From: Candidatus Moraniibacteriota bacterium
GTDB taxonomy: Bacteria; Patescibacteriota; Minisyncoccia; Moranbacterales; UBA1568
Direction of reading: 5' to 3'
DNA length: 64,000 nt
Assembly: GCA_030648835.1 (NCBI GenBank)
Contig: JAUSGT010000002.1
Coordinates: 200,081-264,080, forward strand
Shown: positions 1 through 8,300 of the stretch, one piece after another
How positions within the stretch are numbered: the stretch's first letter is position 1
How the letters are laid out: each line of letters opens with the position of its first letter
Made by a program: the position numbers and the translations under genes
The notes under the pieces: generated by a model
Told to the model about the DNA's origin: nothing
Databases searched by the model: none
What the model saw: only the letters and a program-made list of their open reading frames with translations

Positions 1-481
1 CGATGTTGCCGAAGCGGTAAAATTGCAGTATGGGAGCGCTCTTCCGGATGAGATCGGGAAAAAAGAGGAGGTTGATTTGAGCGTGTTTGATTCGCAGGAA
101 GACGCCGTGGTTTCGCGGCGCCATATCGCGGAAATTATTGAAGCGCGTTTTGAAGAAATTCTGAATTATGTCAATTCCGAACTGAAGAGCATTGGTCGCG
201 AAGAATTGCTGCCGGGTGGTGCGATACTTTCCGGGGGCGGGGCCCTTCTTCCGGGGGCTGTCGATTTGGCGAAGCGGGTACTCCGTCTTCCCGTGCAAAT
301 CGGGTATCCAAAACCGCTTGGAGGCATTTTGGATCAAGTGGATACTCCCCAGTTTGCGACGGTTGTCGGCCTTCTTCTTTTGGCGCAATCCAACCATGTG
401 GATAAGCATACATTTTCTCCGAGCATGATGCATGGTATGATGTTGAAAGTGAAACGTTGGGCAAAACAATTCCTCCCTTAA
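1..481 (+). CDS. ftsA: Cell division protein FtsA, C-terminal part (5' end lies outside the window)
   Basis: In-frame ORF running off the window start. Actin-like C-terminal motifs (AILSGGGALLPGAVDLAKRVLRLPVQIGYP) and position just upstream of ftsZ. Confidence 0.8.
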   Translation, partial: DVAEAVKLQYGSALPDEIGKKEEVDLSVFDSQEDAVVSRRHIAEIIEARFEEILNYVNSELKSIGREELLPGGAILSGGGALLPGAVDLAKRVLRLPVQIGYPKPLGGILDQVDTPQFATVVGLLLLAQSNHVDKHTFSPSMMHGMMLKVKRWAKQFLP

Positions 482-570
482 GAGTCCGTTTGGGGGAAGA
501 GAAAACAAAGAGAGAAATACAAGATGTTGTATGTCGGAAAACTCGTGTTTTCCTCTGTTTTTTCGCTACC

Positions 571-600
571 TTGACATATTTTCTTACGTTGTGATACAGT
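571..600 (+). promoter_or_regulatory. Candidate sigma70 promoter upstream of ftsZ (TTGACA-18-TACAGT)
   Basis: Perfect -35 hexamer with a plausible -10 at 18-nt spacing in the ftsA-ftsZ intergenic region. Confidence 0.35.
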
Positions 601-707
601 AACCTTTCGAGAAACCCGCTTTCACCCATGTGAACTTTCAGAGCGGGGAAAACAAACAGAATAGTAATAGGCCAATTACTTAACCAACCTTTTAAAAGGG
701 GATACAT

Positions 708-1943
708 ATGGCGGAAATCAAACCTGACATCGAGACTTTCGCGAAGATCAAGGTGGTCGGCGTAGGTGGTTCTGGCGGCAATGGTATTACGCGCATGATT
801 GATGCCAAAATCAAAGGCGTTGAATTTGTCGCTATCAATACGGATGCTCAGGCGTTGCACAATTCCAAGGCGCAAGAAAAGATTCACATTGGGAAAAATC
901 TGACCAAAGGATTGGGTGCCGGAATGAATCCGGAAATTGGCCGTCAAGCGGCTGAAGAAAACCGTGATGAAATCCAGGAAGTGTTGAAGGGCGCCGATAT
1001 GGTGTTCGTTACCTGCGGGCTGGGCGGAGGAACCGGTTCCGGTGCGGCGCCGATTGTAGCGGAAACTGCCAAGGAACTTGGAGCGCTTACCGTGGGTGTC
1101 GTGACCAAACCATTCGCATTTGAAGGTTCTCAGCGGCGCGCTATCGCCGACGAGGCCTTGGAAAATTTGAAAGATCGTGTCGATACGCTTATCACCATTC
1201 CCAACGACAAGCTCTTGACGATCATCGACAGAAAGACGACGTTGGTGAACGCTTTCCGCATCGTCGATGATGTGCTTCGTCAGGGAGTGCAGGGTATTTC
1301 CGATCTGATTACCAAGCCGGGCATCGTGAATGTCGACTTTGCCGACGTGCGGGCGATTATGGAAGACAGCGGCAGCGCTCTCATGGGTATTGGCATCGCT
1401 TCCGGGGACAACCGCGCTATAGAGGCTGCCAAGGCTGCCATCAATAGCCCTCTTCTGGAACTTTCTATCGATGGTGCCAAAGGTGTCTTGTTCAACATCT
1501 CCGGCTCGAGCGATCTGACGATGCTCGAAATCAACGAGGCAGCCAGTATCATTACCGAAAACATTGACCCGAATGCCAAGGTTATTTTTGGCGCCGTGAC
1601 CGATGATCAGATTCGCAAAGGGGAAATACAGATTACCGTGGTAGCTACCGGGTTCGACATTGCCCGAGTCAAAGAGCCTTCTGCCGGATTGATTACCAAT
1701 AGGGCGAACGCGACTCATCCCAAATCCCGTTTTGCTTCTTCCGCTGCGGAAGAGGCTGAGAGAGAAGAAGCTTTGTTGGAGGAGACGATGAGTTTCCCAA
1801 CTCGTAAACTGGAACAGCCGGTGATGATTATCGACGAGAAAATCCAGCCGCGCGGTATCGCTCCGCGGAGCGAATCCAAAGAGCTGGTGGAAGACGAGGA
1901 TCTCGAAATCCCGGCTTTCATCCGTCGCAAGATGAAGAAATAA
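708..1943 (+). CDS. ftsZ: Cell division GTPase FtsZ
   Basis: Tubulin signature GGGTGSG and N-terminal [21 protein letters not shown]-type RBS precedes the ATG. Confidence 0.95.
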   Translation: MAEIKPDIETFAKIKVVGVGGSGGNGITRMIDAKIKGVEFVAINTDAQALHNSKAQEKIHIGKNLTKGLGAGMNPEIGRQAAEENRDEIQEVLKGADMVFVTCGLGGGTGSGAAPIVAETAKELGALTVGVVTKPFAFEGSQRRAIADEALENLKDRVDTLITIPNDKLLTIIDRKTTLVNAFRIVDDVLRQGVQGISDLITKPGIVNVDFADVRAIMEDSGSALMGIGIASGDNRAIEAAKAAINSPLLELSIDGAKGVLFNISGSSDLTMLEINEAASIITENIDPNAKVIFGAVTDDQIRKGEIQITVVATGFDIARVKEPSAGLITNRANATHPKSRFASSAAEEAEREEALLEETMSFPTRKLEQPVMIIDEKIQPRGIAPRSESKELVEDEDLEIPAFIRRKMKK

Positions 1944-2106
1944 ACGGATTTTTCTTCAGCATATTTTTTGTTTCAAGGAATGTAAGAGGTGAAAGGAGTT
2001 TTTGCTCCTTTTTCTTTTTTCTGTCAGTTTGCTATAGTGAAGGCATCTTTGAATTTCTTGGTTTTGCTGAAAAGCCAATGAAGCTAAAAGCTAAGAAGCT
2101 ACCCAT

Positions 2107-2553
2107 ATGCATTGCCCATTTTGCAATCATCCGGAAACCAAGGTTATCGATTCTCGCGATACGCAGGAAGGACGGGCGATTCGCCGGCGCCGCGAATGTG
2201 AGAAATGTCAGGCCCGCTTCAGCACTTATGAAGAAGTGGAAATTTTTCGTTTGCAAATCGTCAAAAAGGATGGGCGCAAGGAGGAGTATGACCGCACAAA
2301 AATTGAGCATGGTTTGGAGCGGGCTTTTGTAAAGCGCCCCGGAGCGGAAGACCATATCGAAAAAATCATGGGGGAGATAGAGTATGAGTTGCACGAAAAA
2401 AGGGCGGATGAAATTTCCAGTCGGGAAATCGGCACGCTGGTTATGCGAAAATTGAAAGAAACCGATGAAGTGGCCTATATCCGCTTCGCATCCGTGTACA
2501 AATCTTTCGGCAGCGCCAAAAGCTTTCTTCGGGCGCTGGAGACTCTCGAGTAG
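2107..2553 (+). CDS. nrdR: Transcriptional repressor NrdR (zinc ribbon + ATP-cone)
   Basis: MHCPFCNH...CEKCQARF zinc ribbon followed by an ATP-cone-like region, 148 aa. Confidence 0.9.
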   Translation: MHCPFCNHPETKVIDSRDTQEGRAIRRRRECEKCQARFSTYEEVEIFRLQIVKKDGRKEEYDRTKIEHGLERAFVKRPGAEDHIEKIMGEIEYELHEKRADEISSREIGTLVMRKLKETDEVAYIRFASVYKSFGSAKSFLRALETLE

Positions 2554-2580
2554 ATTTTTTTGGTGTTTTCTTGTGTAGTT

Positions 2581-2767
2581 CCTAAATATTGTTTTTTCTT
2601 TCCCTTTTTTGTCGCCGAACATTTCTGACTCACTCTGTCGAACAGGGAGCTGTCCTGTCGAGACCCTGCCTACCGGCAGGCAGGCATCCGTCACGCTCGA
2701 CTGTTACCGACTCGTTCGTCACAAATGTGACCGTCGCCAACCGGAGAAAGAAAAAACAATATTTAGG
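2581..2767. mobile_element. MITE-like repeat family A, copy 1
   Basis: Core of about 130 bp (cgaacatttctgactcactctgtcgaac...gtcacaaatgtgacc) bracketed by a perfect 23-bp inverted repeat (cctaaatattgttttttctttcc / ggaaagaaaaaacaatatttagg). Sits immediately 3' of nrdR. Confidence 0.6.
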
Positions 2768-2788
2768 AACTACTTTCGAATGTGACAT

Positions 2789-3010
2789 ATGCAAAAAATT
2801 TCCGTGACTATCGTTCCGCGGTCGGGGAAAAATAGTGTCGAAAAAACTGGAGAACATTCGTATCGCGTACACGTGACAGCCATTGCCGCTGAAAATCAGG
2901 CGAACCAGAAATTGATCAAAGTGTTGGCAAAGTATTTTTCCGTCGCGCCCAGCCTCCTGACGATTGTTTCCGGGGCGCGGAGCCGGAAAAAAATCATAGA
3001 GACTTTGTAG
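2789..3010 (+). CDS. DUF167 (YggU-like) small protein
   Basis: 73-aa ORF whose length and composition fit the UPF0235/YggU family. It lies between two MITE-A copies. Confidence 0.55.
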   Translation: MQKISVTIVPRSGKNSVEKTGEHSYRVHVTAIAAENQANQKLIKVLAKYFSVAPSLLTIVSGARSRKKIIETL

Positions 3011-3022
3011 ATTTTCTTAAAT

Positions 3023-3244
3023 AAGGTCTTTATTACTTCTTTTCTTCTCGTGGCAGCCATCGAACATTTCTGACTCACTCTGTCGAACGGGGAGCTGTCC
3101 TGTCGAGACCCTGTCTACCGGCAGGCAGGCATCCGCCCGCCTCGACGAGCGAGAGCGAGGCCGGGTCACGCTCGACCGTTACCGACTCGCTCATCACAAA
3201 TGTTACCGCTGCCTGCCAAAGAAGAAAATAAATACATAAAGACC
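3023..3244. mobile_element. MITE-like repeat family A, copy 2
   Basis: Same core as copy 1 with an extra internal GC-rich hairpin segment, bracketed by an imperfect ~35-bp inverted repeat. Sits between the DUF167 gene and comEC. Confidence 0.6.
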
Positions 3245-3260
3245 CAAAGGGAATGGTGTT

Positions 3261-4745
3261 ATGTTGATGAAGGACCAGGTTTTTCTTTTGGCGTGCCTGG
3301 GGTATATCGGGGGAGTCTTTGCGGGCTCTTTTTTTGTTGTTCCGGGGTGGATGCTTTTTCTCGGAGCTGCTCTGTGGGGCGCGCTTTTTGTAACGTTTCC
3401 GAGAAAGAATATTTTTCTCCTTTTCTTTCCTTTTGGGCTGTTCCTTTTTGGCACTTTTTCCGTTACACAATCCCTCGAACATTTTCACGAGGAGAATATG
3501 CGGATGGGCGAAGTGTCCGGCATAGTGCGCGTTGTTAGTGATCCGGAAGAGAAAAGTTTTTATAACCAAATCATCATCCGGATGGAAACATGTGAGAGTG
3601 AAGTGTGCCCATCGGAAAAAATCCTTTGGCAAGCGCCGAAAACCGTGGCCGTTGTTTCTGGCGCACGAATGGAATTTTCCTGTGCATTAGAACTGCCGGA
3701 AAACTTTGATCCGACGTTTGATTATCGGATGTTTCTGGCTAAGGATAATGTTGGGTATGTTTGTCGCAAGGCGTCATCGTGGGTCACTTTGCCAGAAGAC
3801 GATCGAACACGTTTCGCGAGAATCTTTTTTTGGCCGAAACACGCTTTTGAAGAAGCTCTTGGCAAAAGCTTGCCCCAGCCGGAAGCGGGACTGGCTCTCG
3901 GGCTCATCGTGGGGGGTGACAATCGTTTGCCTGAAACGCTGAAAACAGCTTTCGCCCGGGTAGGACTGACTCATATCGTTGCTATCTCAGGATACAACAT
4001 CGCGCTCATCGCTCAAGGGCTTTTGATTTTCGGTATTGGTATTGGATTGTGGCGGAAGCAAGCGATTTTTCTGGCGGCTCTGGGGGTTATATTTTTTGTT
4101 TTTCTTGTGGGTGCTCCGGCTTCGGCTGTTCGCGCTGGCGTTATGGGACTCTCTGTGTTCGCCGCTTTTTTTGTCGGTCGGCTGTCGCGTGGAGTGAATA
4201 TGCTTCTTTTGGCGGCGGTATCTATGCTCTTTTTTCAGCCACTCCTTCTGCGTTATGATGTCGGTTTTCAATTATCGTTTTTGGCGACACTTGGCATCAT
4301 CGTCATGGCGCCATTTATGGATCGATTTTTATCCAAAGAATTTTTTGGCAAAGGTTTTCTCGAGATATTTTTTCTTACTTTTGCCGTGGAGCTCTTTGTG
4401 ATGCCGGTACTCATGTATCAATTTCATATTTTTTCTCCCTGGGCGCTTCTGACCAATGTCCTCTTGCTTCCGCTGGTACCGTACGCTATGGCGCTCGGGT
4501 TCGTTTCGGCTGTCGCGTTTTTTATTTTGCCGGGACTCCATATGCTACCGGCCACTCTGACGTATTTTTTCTTATGGGTTATCACGTATGTTGTGGAGCG
4601 ATTTGGTGCGTTACCGAGCGCCACGATAGAGGTGTCTCTCGGCGGGGTGGCGCTTCTCGCGTGGTATGTTCTTCTGTTTTTTGGTATCGTGATAATGAAA
4701 AAACAGCTGCGACGGAAATATGTCCAAACGAAAGATCTTTCTTAG
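3261..4745 (+). CDS. comEC: ComEC/Rec2 competence membrane channel (DUF4131 + competence domain)
   Basis: Polytopic membrane protein with GLTHIVAISGYNIALIA-type competence-domain motifs. It overlaps the next ORF by 26 nt in a different frame. Confidence 0.8.
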   Translation: MLMKDQVFLLACLGYIGGVFAGSFFVVPGWMLFLGAALWGALFVTFPRKNIFLLFFPFGLFLFGTFSVTQSLEHFHEENMRMGEVSGIVRVVSDPEEKSFYNQIIIRMETCESEVCPSEKILWQAPKTVAVVSGARMEFSCALELPENFDPTFDYRMFLAKDNVGYVCRKASSWVTLPEDDRTRFARIFFWPKHAFEEALGKSLPQPEAGLALGLIVGGDNRLPETLKTAFARVGLTHIVAISGYNIALIAQGLLIFGIGIGLWRKQAIFLAALGVIFFVFLVGAPASAVRAGVMGLSVFAAFFVGRLSRGVNMLLLAAVSMLFFQPLLLRYDVGFQLSFLATLGIIVMAPFMDRFLSKEFFGKGFLEIFFLTFAVELFVMPVLMYQFHIFSPWALLTNVLLLPLVPYAMALGFVSAVAFFILPGLHMLPATLTYFFLWVITYVVERFGALPSATIEVSLGGVALLAWYVLLFFGIVIMKKQLRRKYVQTKDLS

Positions 4746-5568
4746 TTTCTTGGTGTTGCTTCTCCTTACGGTACTGCTTGCGGTATTTATTTTTTGGTTG
4801 GAGAAATATGAAAAAACAACTACGGTGACGTTTCTCGCTGTTGGAGAAGGGGACGCCATTCTCATTTCTCAGGGACAAAATCAGATACTTATTGACGGCG
4901 GCCGTTCCGGCAAAGAACTGCTTGCCCGTATGGGACGGCATATGCCGTTTTGGGATCGGAGGGTGGAGATCGTTATCGCGACTCATCCGGACGCGGATCA
5001 TATCGGCGGATTTGTTGGTCTGCTCGGGGCGTATCGCGTAGGGCAGTTTTTGTATACCGGGGCACAGAGTAAGACGGAAACTTTCACGCTCTTGCAAAAA
5101 GCGCTGACAGAGAGCAACCTCGAACCGCAGAAAATTTTCCGAGGAAGTAGTATCAAACTTCCGCGAGGAGGAGAATTGGCTATCGAATACCCGCTCTCGG
5201 CACTTCCCAAGGATGTGGCGGAAACCAACACGGGGAGTATCGTTTCGCGCCTCACCTATGGCGTGACACAGATACTCTTTACAGGAGATTTGCCGGATGA
5301 GGAAACGGTACTGCCGGAGATACAAACAGCCGACATCCTGAAGGTGGCGCATCATGGTTCTCGGTATTCAACGAGTAGCCCCTTTCTTGATTGGCTTCAA
5401 CCGAGCGAGGCGATCATTTCCGTGGGCAAGAATACGTATGGGCATCCGAGTCCGGATGTACTGCAACGCTTGAGAGAACACGATGCTGTTATTCGTCGGA
5501 CAGATACCGAAGGAGACATTAGCTATCGTTGTACCAAAGAGCTTTCCCGCTGCGTCTATGTGTATTAG
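4720..5568 (+). CDS. ComEC C-terminal metallo-beta-lactamase-fold domain, encoded as a separate ORF
   Basis: HxHxDH-type motif (ATHPDADHIGG), plus VAHHGS. This is the typical third domain of ComEC, here in a separate frame. Confidence 0.75.
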   Translation: MSKRKIFLSFLVLLLLTVLLAVFIFWLEKYEKTTTVTFLAVGEGDAILISQGQNQILIDGGRSGKELLARMGRHMPFWDRRVEIVIATHPDADHIGGFVGLLGAYRVGQFLYTGAQSKTETFTLLQKALTESNLEPQKIFRGSSIKLPRGGELAIEYPLSALPKDVAETNTGSIVSRLTYGVTQILFTGDLPDEETVLPEIQTADILKVAHHGSRYSTSSPFLDWLQPSEAIISVGKNTYGHPSPDVLQRLREHDAVIRRTDTEGDISYRCTKELSRCVYVY

Positions 5569-5652
5569 CTTATCTGTATTTTAGACTCTGCGTGCCCTTC
5601 GATTCCGGTTCAACAACCAAAAGTAATCTTTTGTCATTATTTCACCTCTCAG

Positions 5653-5728
5653 AAGCGCTCTCGGCTGGCGAAAAAAGCAAACACTAATCGACGGCGGGAA
5701 TATTCCTTTTTTCGAACCGAGAGCGCTC
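5653..5728. repeat. Palindromic repeat family Y, copy 1
   Basis: Long imperfect palindrome centred on aatcgacggcggga. A second copy lies at 46619-46696. Confidence 0.45.
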
Positions 5729-5857
5729 CTTCAGTCATTGTGAAACAAACGCCAAAAAATTCTTTTGGTTGCTGAGTTTATTATTACAAGTCTTGCCATT
5801 TCTGTTTTTTTATGTCATGCTTGTTTTCAGCAAAGTAATTGGTTGAGGAAAATACTT

Positions 5858-6469
5858 ATGACAGCGCATTTGAAAAAAGAACATTCACTGGTAATCATCA
5901 AGCCGGATGGCGTACAACGCGCTCTTATGGGGGAGATTATTCGCCGCTATGAACGGACCGGACTGAAACTTGTCGCTTTGAAAATGGTTATTCCTACTCC
6001 TGAAATGGCAACAGCGCACTACATGGTGGGCGGAGAGGAATGGTTGGAGACAGTAGGCAAGAAAGCGGCAGCTGCGTATGAGAAGAAGGGGCAGAAGTCG
6101 CCATTTGCCACGTTTCGTGAAAATGGAGTGGCTATTCTTGAAGCTAACACGAAATATCTTTCATCCGGACCGGTAGTGGCTATGATATGGGAAGGTCACC
6201 AAACTGTCGGTATCGTGAGAAAAATAACCGGCGGGACGGAGCCGCTTTCGAGTGATGTCGGAACTATCCGAGGAGATTTGACTGTTGATTCCTATCAATT
6301 GGCCGATTCTGATCAGCGTTCAATCCGCAATTTGATTCATGCATCCGGTACGCCGGAAGAAGCAGAAAAAGAAATTCCCATCTGGTTCACAGAGAAAGAA
6401 CTGTTGAAGTATCGTTTGATAGCGGAGCAGATTCTCTACGACGTGAACTTGGACGGTATTTTGGAGTAG
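5858..6469 (+). CDS. ndk: Nucleoside diphosphate kinase (long form)
   Basis: LVIIKPDGVQRALMGEIIRRYERTGLKLVALKM NDK signature. Start set at the ATG preceded by a gaggaa RBS rather than at the longer upstream frame. Confidence 0.85.
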   Translation: MTAHLKKEHSLVIIKPDGVQRALMGEIIRRYERTGLKLVALKMVIPTPEMATAHYMVGGEEWLETVGKKAAAAYEKKGQKSPFATFRENGVAILEANTKYLSSGPVVAMIWEGHQTVGIVRKITGGTEPLSSDVGTIRGDLTVDSYQLADSDQRSIRNLIHASGTPEEAEKEIPIWFTEKELLKYRLIAEQILYDVNLDGILE

Positions 6470-6539
6470 ACTTTTTTTAGAACTTCACTTGACAAGCAGC
6501 CCCTTGACAAGGGGGGTTGCTTTTTTTATTTATTTCTCA

Positions 6540-6568
6540 TTGACAATTACGTAAAAATATGATATAAT
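6540..6568 (+). promoter_or_regulatory. Consensus sigma70 promoter TTGACA-17-TATAAT
   Basis: Exact consensus hexamers at optimal spacing in an intergenic region, followed by a strong RBS and a small ORF. Confidence 0.7.
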
Positions 6569-6619
6569 AGGATATAGTTGTTATTCGTTTCTTGTGCTTT
6601 ACCAACCGAGGAGGGCGTC

Positions 6620-6808
6620 ATGTACAGCATTTTGAATTCGCAAGATGTAGCGTCATCCGTGAAAGTTATGGAAAGAGCCACCTTTGGGAGCCTCTTTCAC
6701 CGGAGTTGTGCCTTTTTTGGAATGTGCGGAGCTTTCGGCTGTCAGAAGAGGAGCTCCGTCACCAAGAAGGCAGTAGTGTGCATCTGCCCGCTCAATCGGC
6801 GCCGGTAG
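6620..6808 (+). CDS. Small Cys-rich protein (62 aa), hypothetical
   Basis: ATG 7 nt downstream of a gaggaggg RBS and about 45 nt from the predicted TSS of the consensus promoter. An intrinsic terminator follows. Core reads CAFFGMCGAFGC...VVCICP. Confidence 0.4.
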   Translation: MYSILNSQDVASSVKVMERATFGSLFHRSCAFFGMCGAFGCQKRSSVTKKAVVCICPLNRRR

Positions 6809-6850
6809 CACCCCAAACCGAATACAATATCCCCCACGAGGGAAGAGAAA

Positions 6851-6891
6851 AGCAGGACTTTAGAAACTAAAGGTCCTGCTCTTGCTTTTTT
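6851..6891 (+). terminator. Rho-independent terminator (agcaggac...gtcctgct stem + T-run)
   Basis: 8-bp GC-containing stem followed by cttgctttttt. Confidence 0.5.
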
Positions 6892-6910
6892 ACAGCTTTT
6901 GTAGTATAAT
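6882..6910 (+). promoter_or_regulatory. Sigma70-like promoter TTGCTT-17-TATAAT
   Basis: Perfect -10 with a good -35 at 17 nt. It overlaps the preceding terminator T-run. Confidence 0.5.
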
Positions 6911-7029
6911 GTCGCAATCAGGAGTTGCGAAGCTTCTGATGTAGTGGTTCTTTAGTGTCTCACAAAGAAAAAGTGGGGCGAACTTTGATTCTTAATGGGA
7001 GAACGGAGTTGTTTAATAAAAAAGGTTGT

Positions 7030-7227
7030 ATGCATAATCCGGCATGCCAGTGCTTTGCTGGTCTTGCAAAGTGCCGCGGGGCTGTCGGAAGTGGTGAATG
7101 CAAGCCACCGGCGAAAGTGAGAGTGGATTTGGGGTTGACTCTCGCGAACGTAGATGTGGGGGATTTCACCAAGCTTCTCGAAAAGCATGGTGGTTGTATC
7201 CCTGTCCGGGGTTTCTGTTCGAGGTAA
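7030..7227 (+). CDS. Second small Cys-rich protein (65 aa), hypothetical
   Basis: ATG in frame within ORF 6955-7227. Cys pattern CQCFAGLAKCRGAVGSGEC...GGCIPVRGFC resembles the upstream small protein. The RBS is weak. Confidence 0.3.
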   Translation: MHNPACQCFAGLAKCRGAVGSGECKPPAKVRVDLGLTLANVDVGDFTKLLEKHGGCIPVRGFCSR

Positions 7228-7311
7228 AACAACAAGGAGGAATCAGTGCTGTCAGCGAACGGCACACCGAAGGCGACCAAACAACAACTGGCCGCCTTTA
7301 AAATTTTCCAT

Positions 7312-7339
7312 TTGACAGATTTTGAGGAAACTCTATACT
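7312..7339 (+). promoter_or_regulatory. Sigma70-like promoter TTGACA-16-TATACT
   Basis: Consensus -35. The predicted TSS coincides with the ATG of a 19-codon ORF (MKNIAQVLSVKGLLLLKKG), and a 12-bp stem plus T-run follows at about 7405-7475. Confidence 0.4.
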
Positions 7340-7534
7340 AATGGTATGAAAAATATCGCCCAAGTTTTGAGTGTCAAGGGTCTCCTTCTTCTCAAGAAAG
7401 GATAACTTGATGCTGGGAAAATATTTTTTAGAAAGAGAACCCGGCATCAAGACCGGGATTTTTGTTTTTTAACAACAAAAAAGTCTGTCAAATTCCAATT
7501 TTCCATCGAGTGTTTCATGGTGAAGGAGAAAGCA

Positions 7535-7699
7535 ATGACTGAGCAACAAGAGAGGGATCTGGTTTTGGGGCTGCCACCGGAGCAATTGATGGCAAATTTG
7601 CGCCTTGTCCAGGAACGTTTGGATGGTGGCGATAGTGTCAACCCGAACTGTAGTGATACGCGGGTGGAGGATACGGAGGTTTTGAAAGAACAAAAATAA
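7535..7699 (+). CDS. Small acidic hypothetical protein (54 aa)
   Basis: ATG 7 nt downstream of an aaggag RBS. No recognisable domain. Confidence 0.35.
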   Translation: MTEQQERDLVLGLPPEQLMANLRLVQERLDGGDSVNPNCSDTRVEDTEVLKEQK

Positions 7700-7870
7700 T
7701 GTTGTGCTACGTCATGACAAAGAAAGGAGCGATCTGCGGACCGTTCCTTTTCAATTCGCTAGAATTCTGATACGCTCAAGGTTGTTTCGGGCTGTAGCCC
7801 TCCTTCGTCCTACGGATTGCGGGTCGCACGCCGCCAAAGGCTCTGGCCGACGGAGCGCGGGTAAATATAT

Positions 7871-7941
7871 CGGAGTGTAGTATAGTGGTAGTACGCAAGG
7901 CTGGGGGTCTTGTAGTCCGGGTTCGATTCCCGGCACTCCGA
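7871..7941 (+). tRNA. tRNA-Pro (anticodon GGG)
   Basis: Manual cloverleaf: acceptor cggagtg/cactccg, D-arm gtat/gtac, anticodon stem caagg/tcttg with loop ctGGGgg, T-arm ccggg-ttcgatt-cccgg, discriminator A. CCA is not encoded. Confidence 0.85.
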
Positions 7942-7965
7942 CATTTAAAGTAGCGGGCATGGGGG

Positions 7966-7990
7966 CAAAAAGTGAACTGCTTCACTTTTT
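7966..7990. terminator. Perfect 11-bp hairpin (caaaaagtgaa/ttcactttttg), bidirectional terminator-like
   Basis: Inverted repeat directly downstream of the tRNA-Pro. Confidence 0.45.
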
Positions 7991-8039
7991 GCGGGTGTTT
8001 CCGTAAGACATCTCGGCTTACGGATTAAAGACACACCGG

Positions 8040-8074
8040 AGCATGTAGGCCGGGTTCGATTCCCGGCAGCCCGA
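8040..8074 (+). other. Partial duplicate of the tRNA-Pro 3' half (variable loop, T-arm, 3' acceptor strand)
   Basis: 31/35 nt identical to tRNA-Pro positions 7907-7941, including an identical 17-nt T-arm. No matching 5' half lies within 85 nt upstream. Confidence 0.5.
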
Positions 8075-8098
8075 CAGTTTTTCGTAATAAAAAAATTT

Positions 8099-8296
8099 AT
8101 GAATCTGCAGACGTATAAAAAACTGAAGCAAGAAACTGAAGAAACAGTTGTGGCTTTCGGCGAGAACTCTCTTTCGGAGCTTGTGGCGTTGGAGCGTGAG
8201 GCTGAAACGGCGGAAGGAGAATTTGTGGCGGAGCTTGAAGCGATCAAAACAGAAGAGCTTCGAAAAAAACTCAAAGGTATTCCGGCTTCCGAATAA
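8099..8296 (+). CDS. Small acidic hypothetical protein (65 aa)
   Basis: ORF only. No RBS and no recognisable motif. Confidence 0.25.
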   Translation: MNLQTYKKLKQETEETVVAFGENSLSELVALEREAETAEGEFVAELEAIKTEELRKKLKGIPASE

Positions 8297-8300
8297 ATTT

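Noticed and set aside
171-1718. 515-aa minus-strand ORF spanning ftsA and ftsZ
   Set aside because: Antisense shadow ORF of two well-supported plus-strand genes. No motif and no RBS.
3075-3632. 185-aa minus-strand ORF and several 70-110-aa ORFs crossing the MITE-A copies
   Set aside because: They traverse repeated non-coding elements and the comEC 5' region. The repeated peptide SVTVERD... is an artefact of translating the repeat.
6575-6893. RNase P RNA, tmRNA or 6S RNA for the promoter-to-terminator unit
   Set aside because: It has no GGAAAGUCCGG P4 motif and no GGGG 5' end or tRNA-like 3' end. A strong RBS plus a Cys-rich ORF fits better. A weak resemblance to SRP RNA domain IV (GUCAG...AAGGCAG) could not be substantiated.
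7778-8074. One-piece or permuted tmRNA (ssrA) spanning the tRNA-Pro region
   Set aside because: The 3' T-arm/acceptor and a GCAUGUAGG-like motif resemble a tmRNA tail, and cgggctg at 7778 complements the 3' strand. However, a bona fide tRNA-Pro and its terminator lie in between, no tag-peptide reading frame (..ALAA-like) is present, and the remaining length is too short. It is better explained as a tRNA-Pro 3'-half duplicate.
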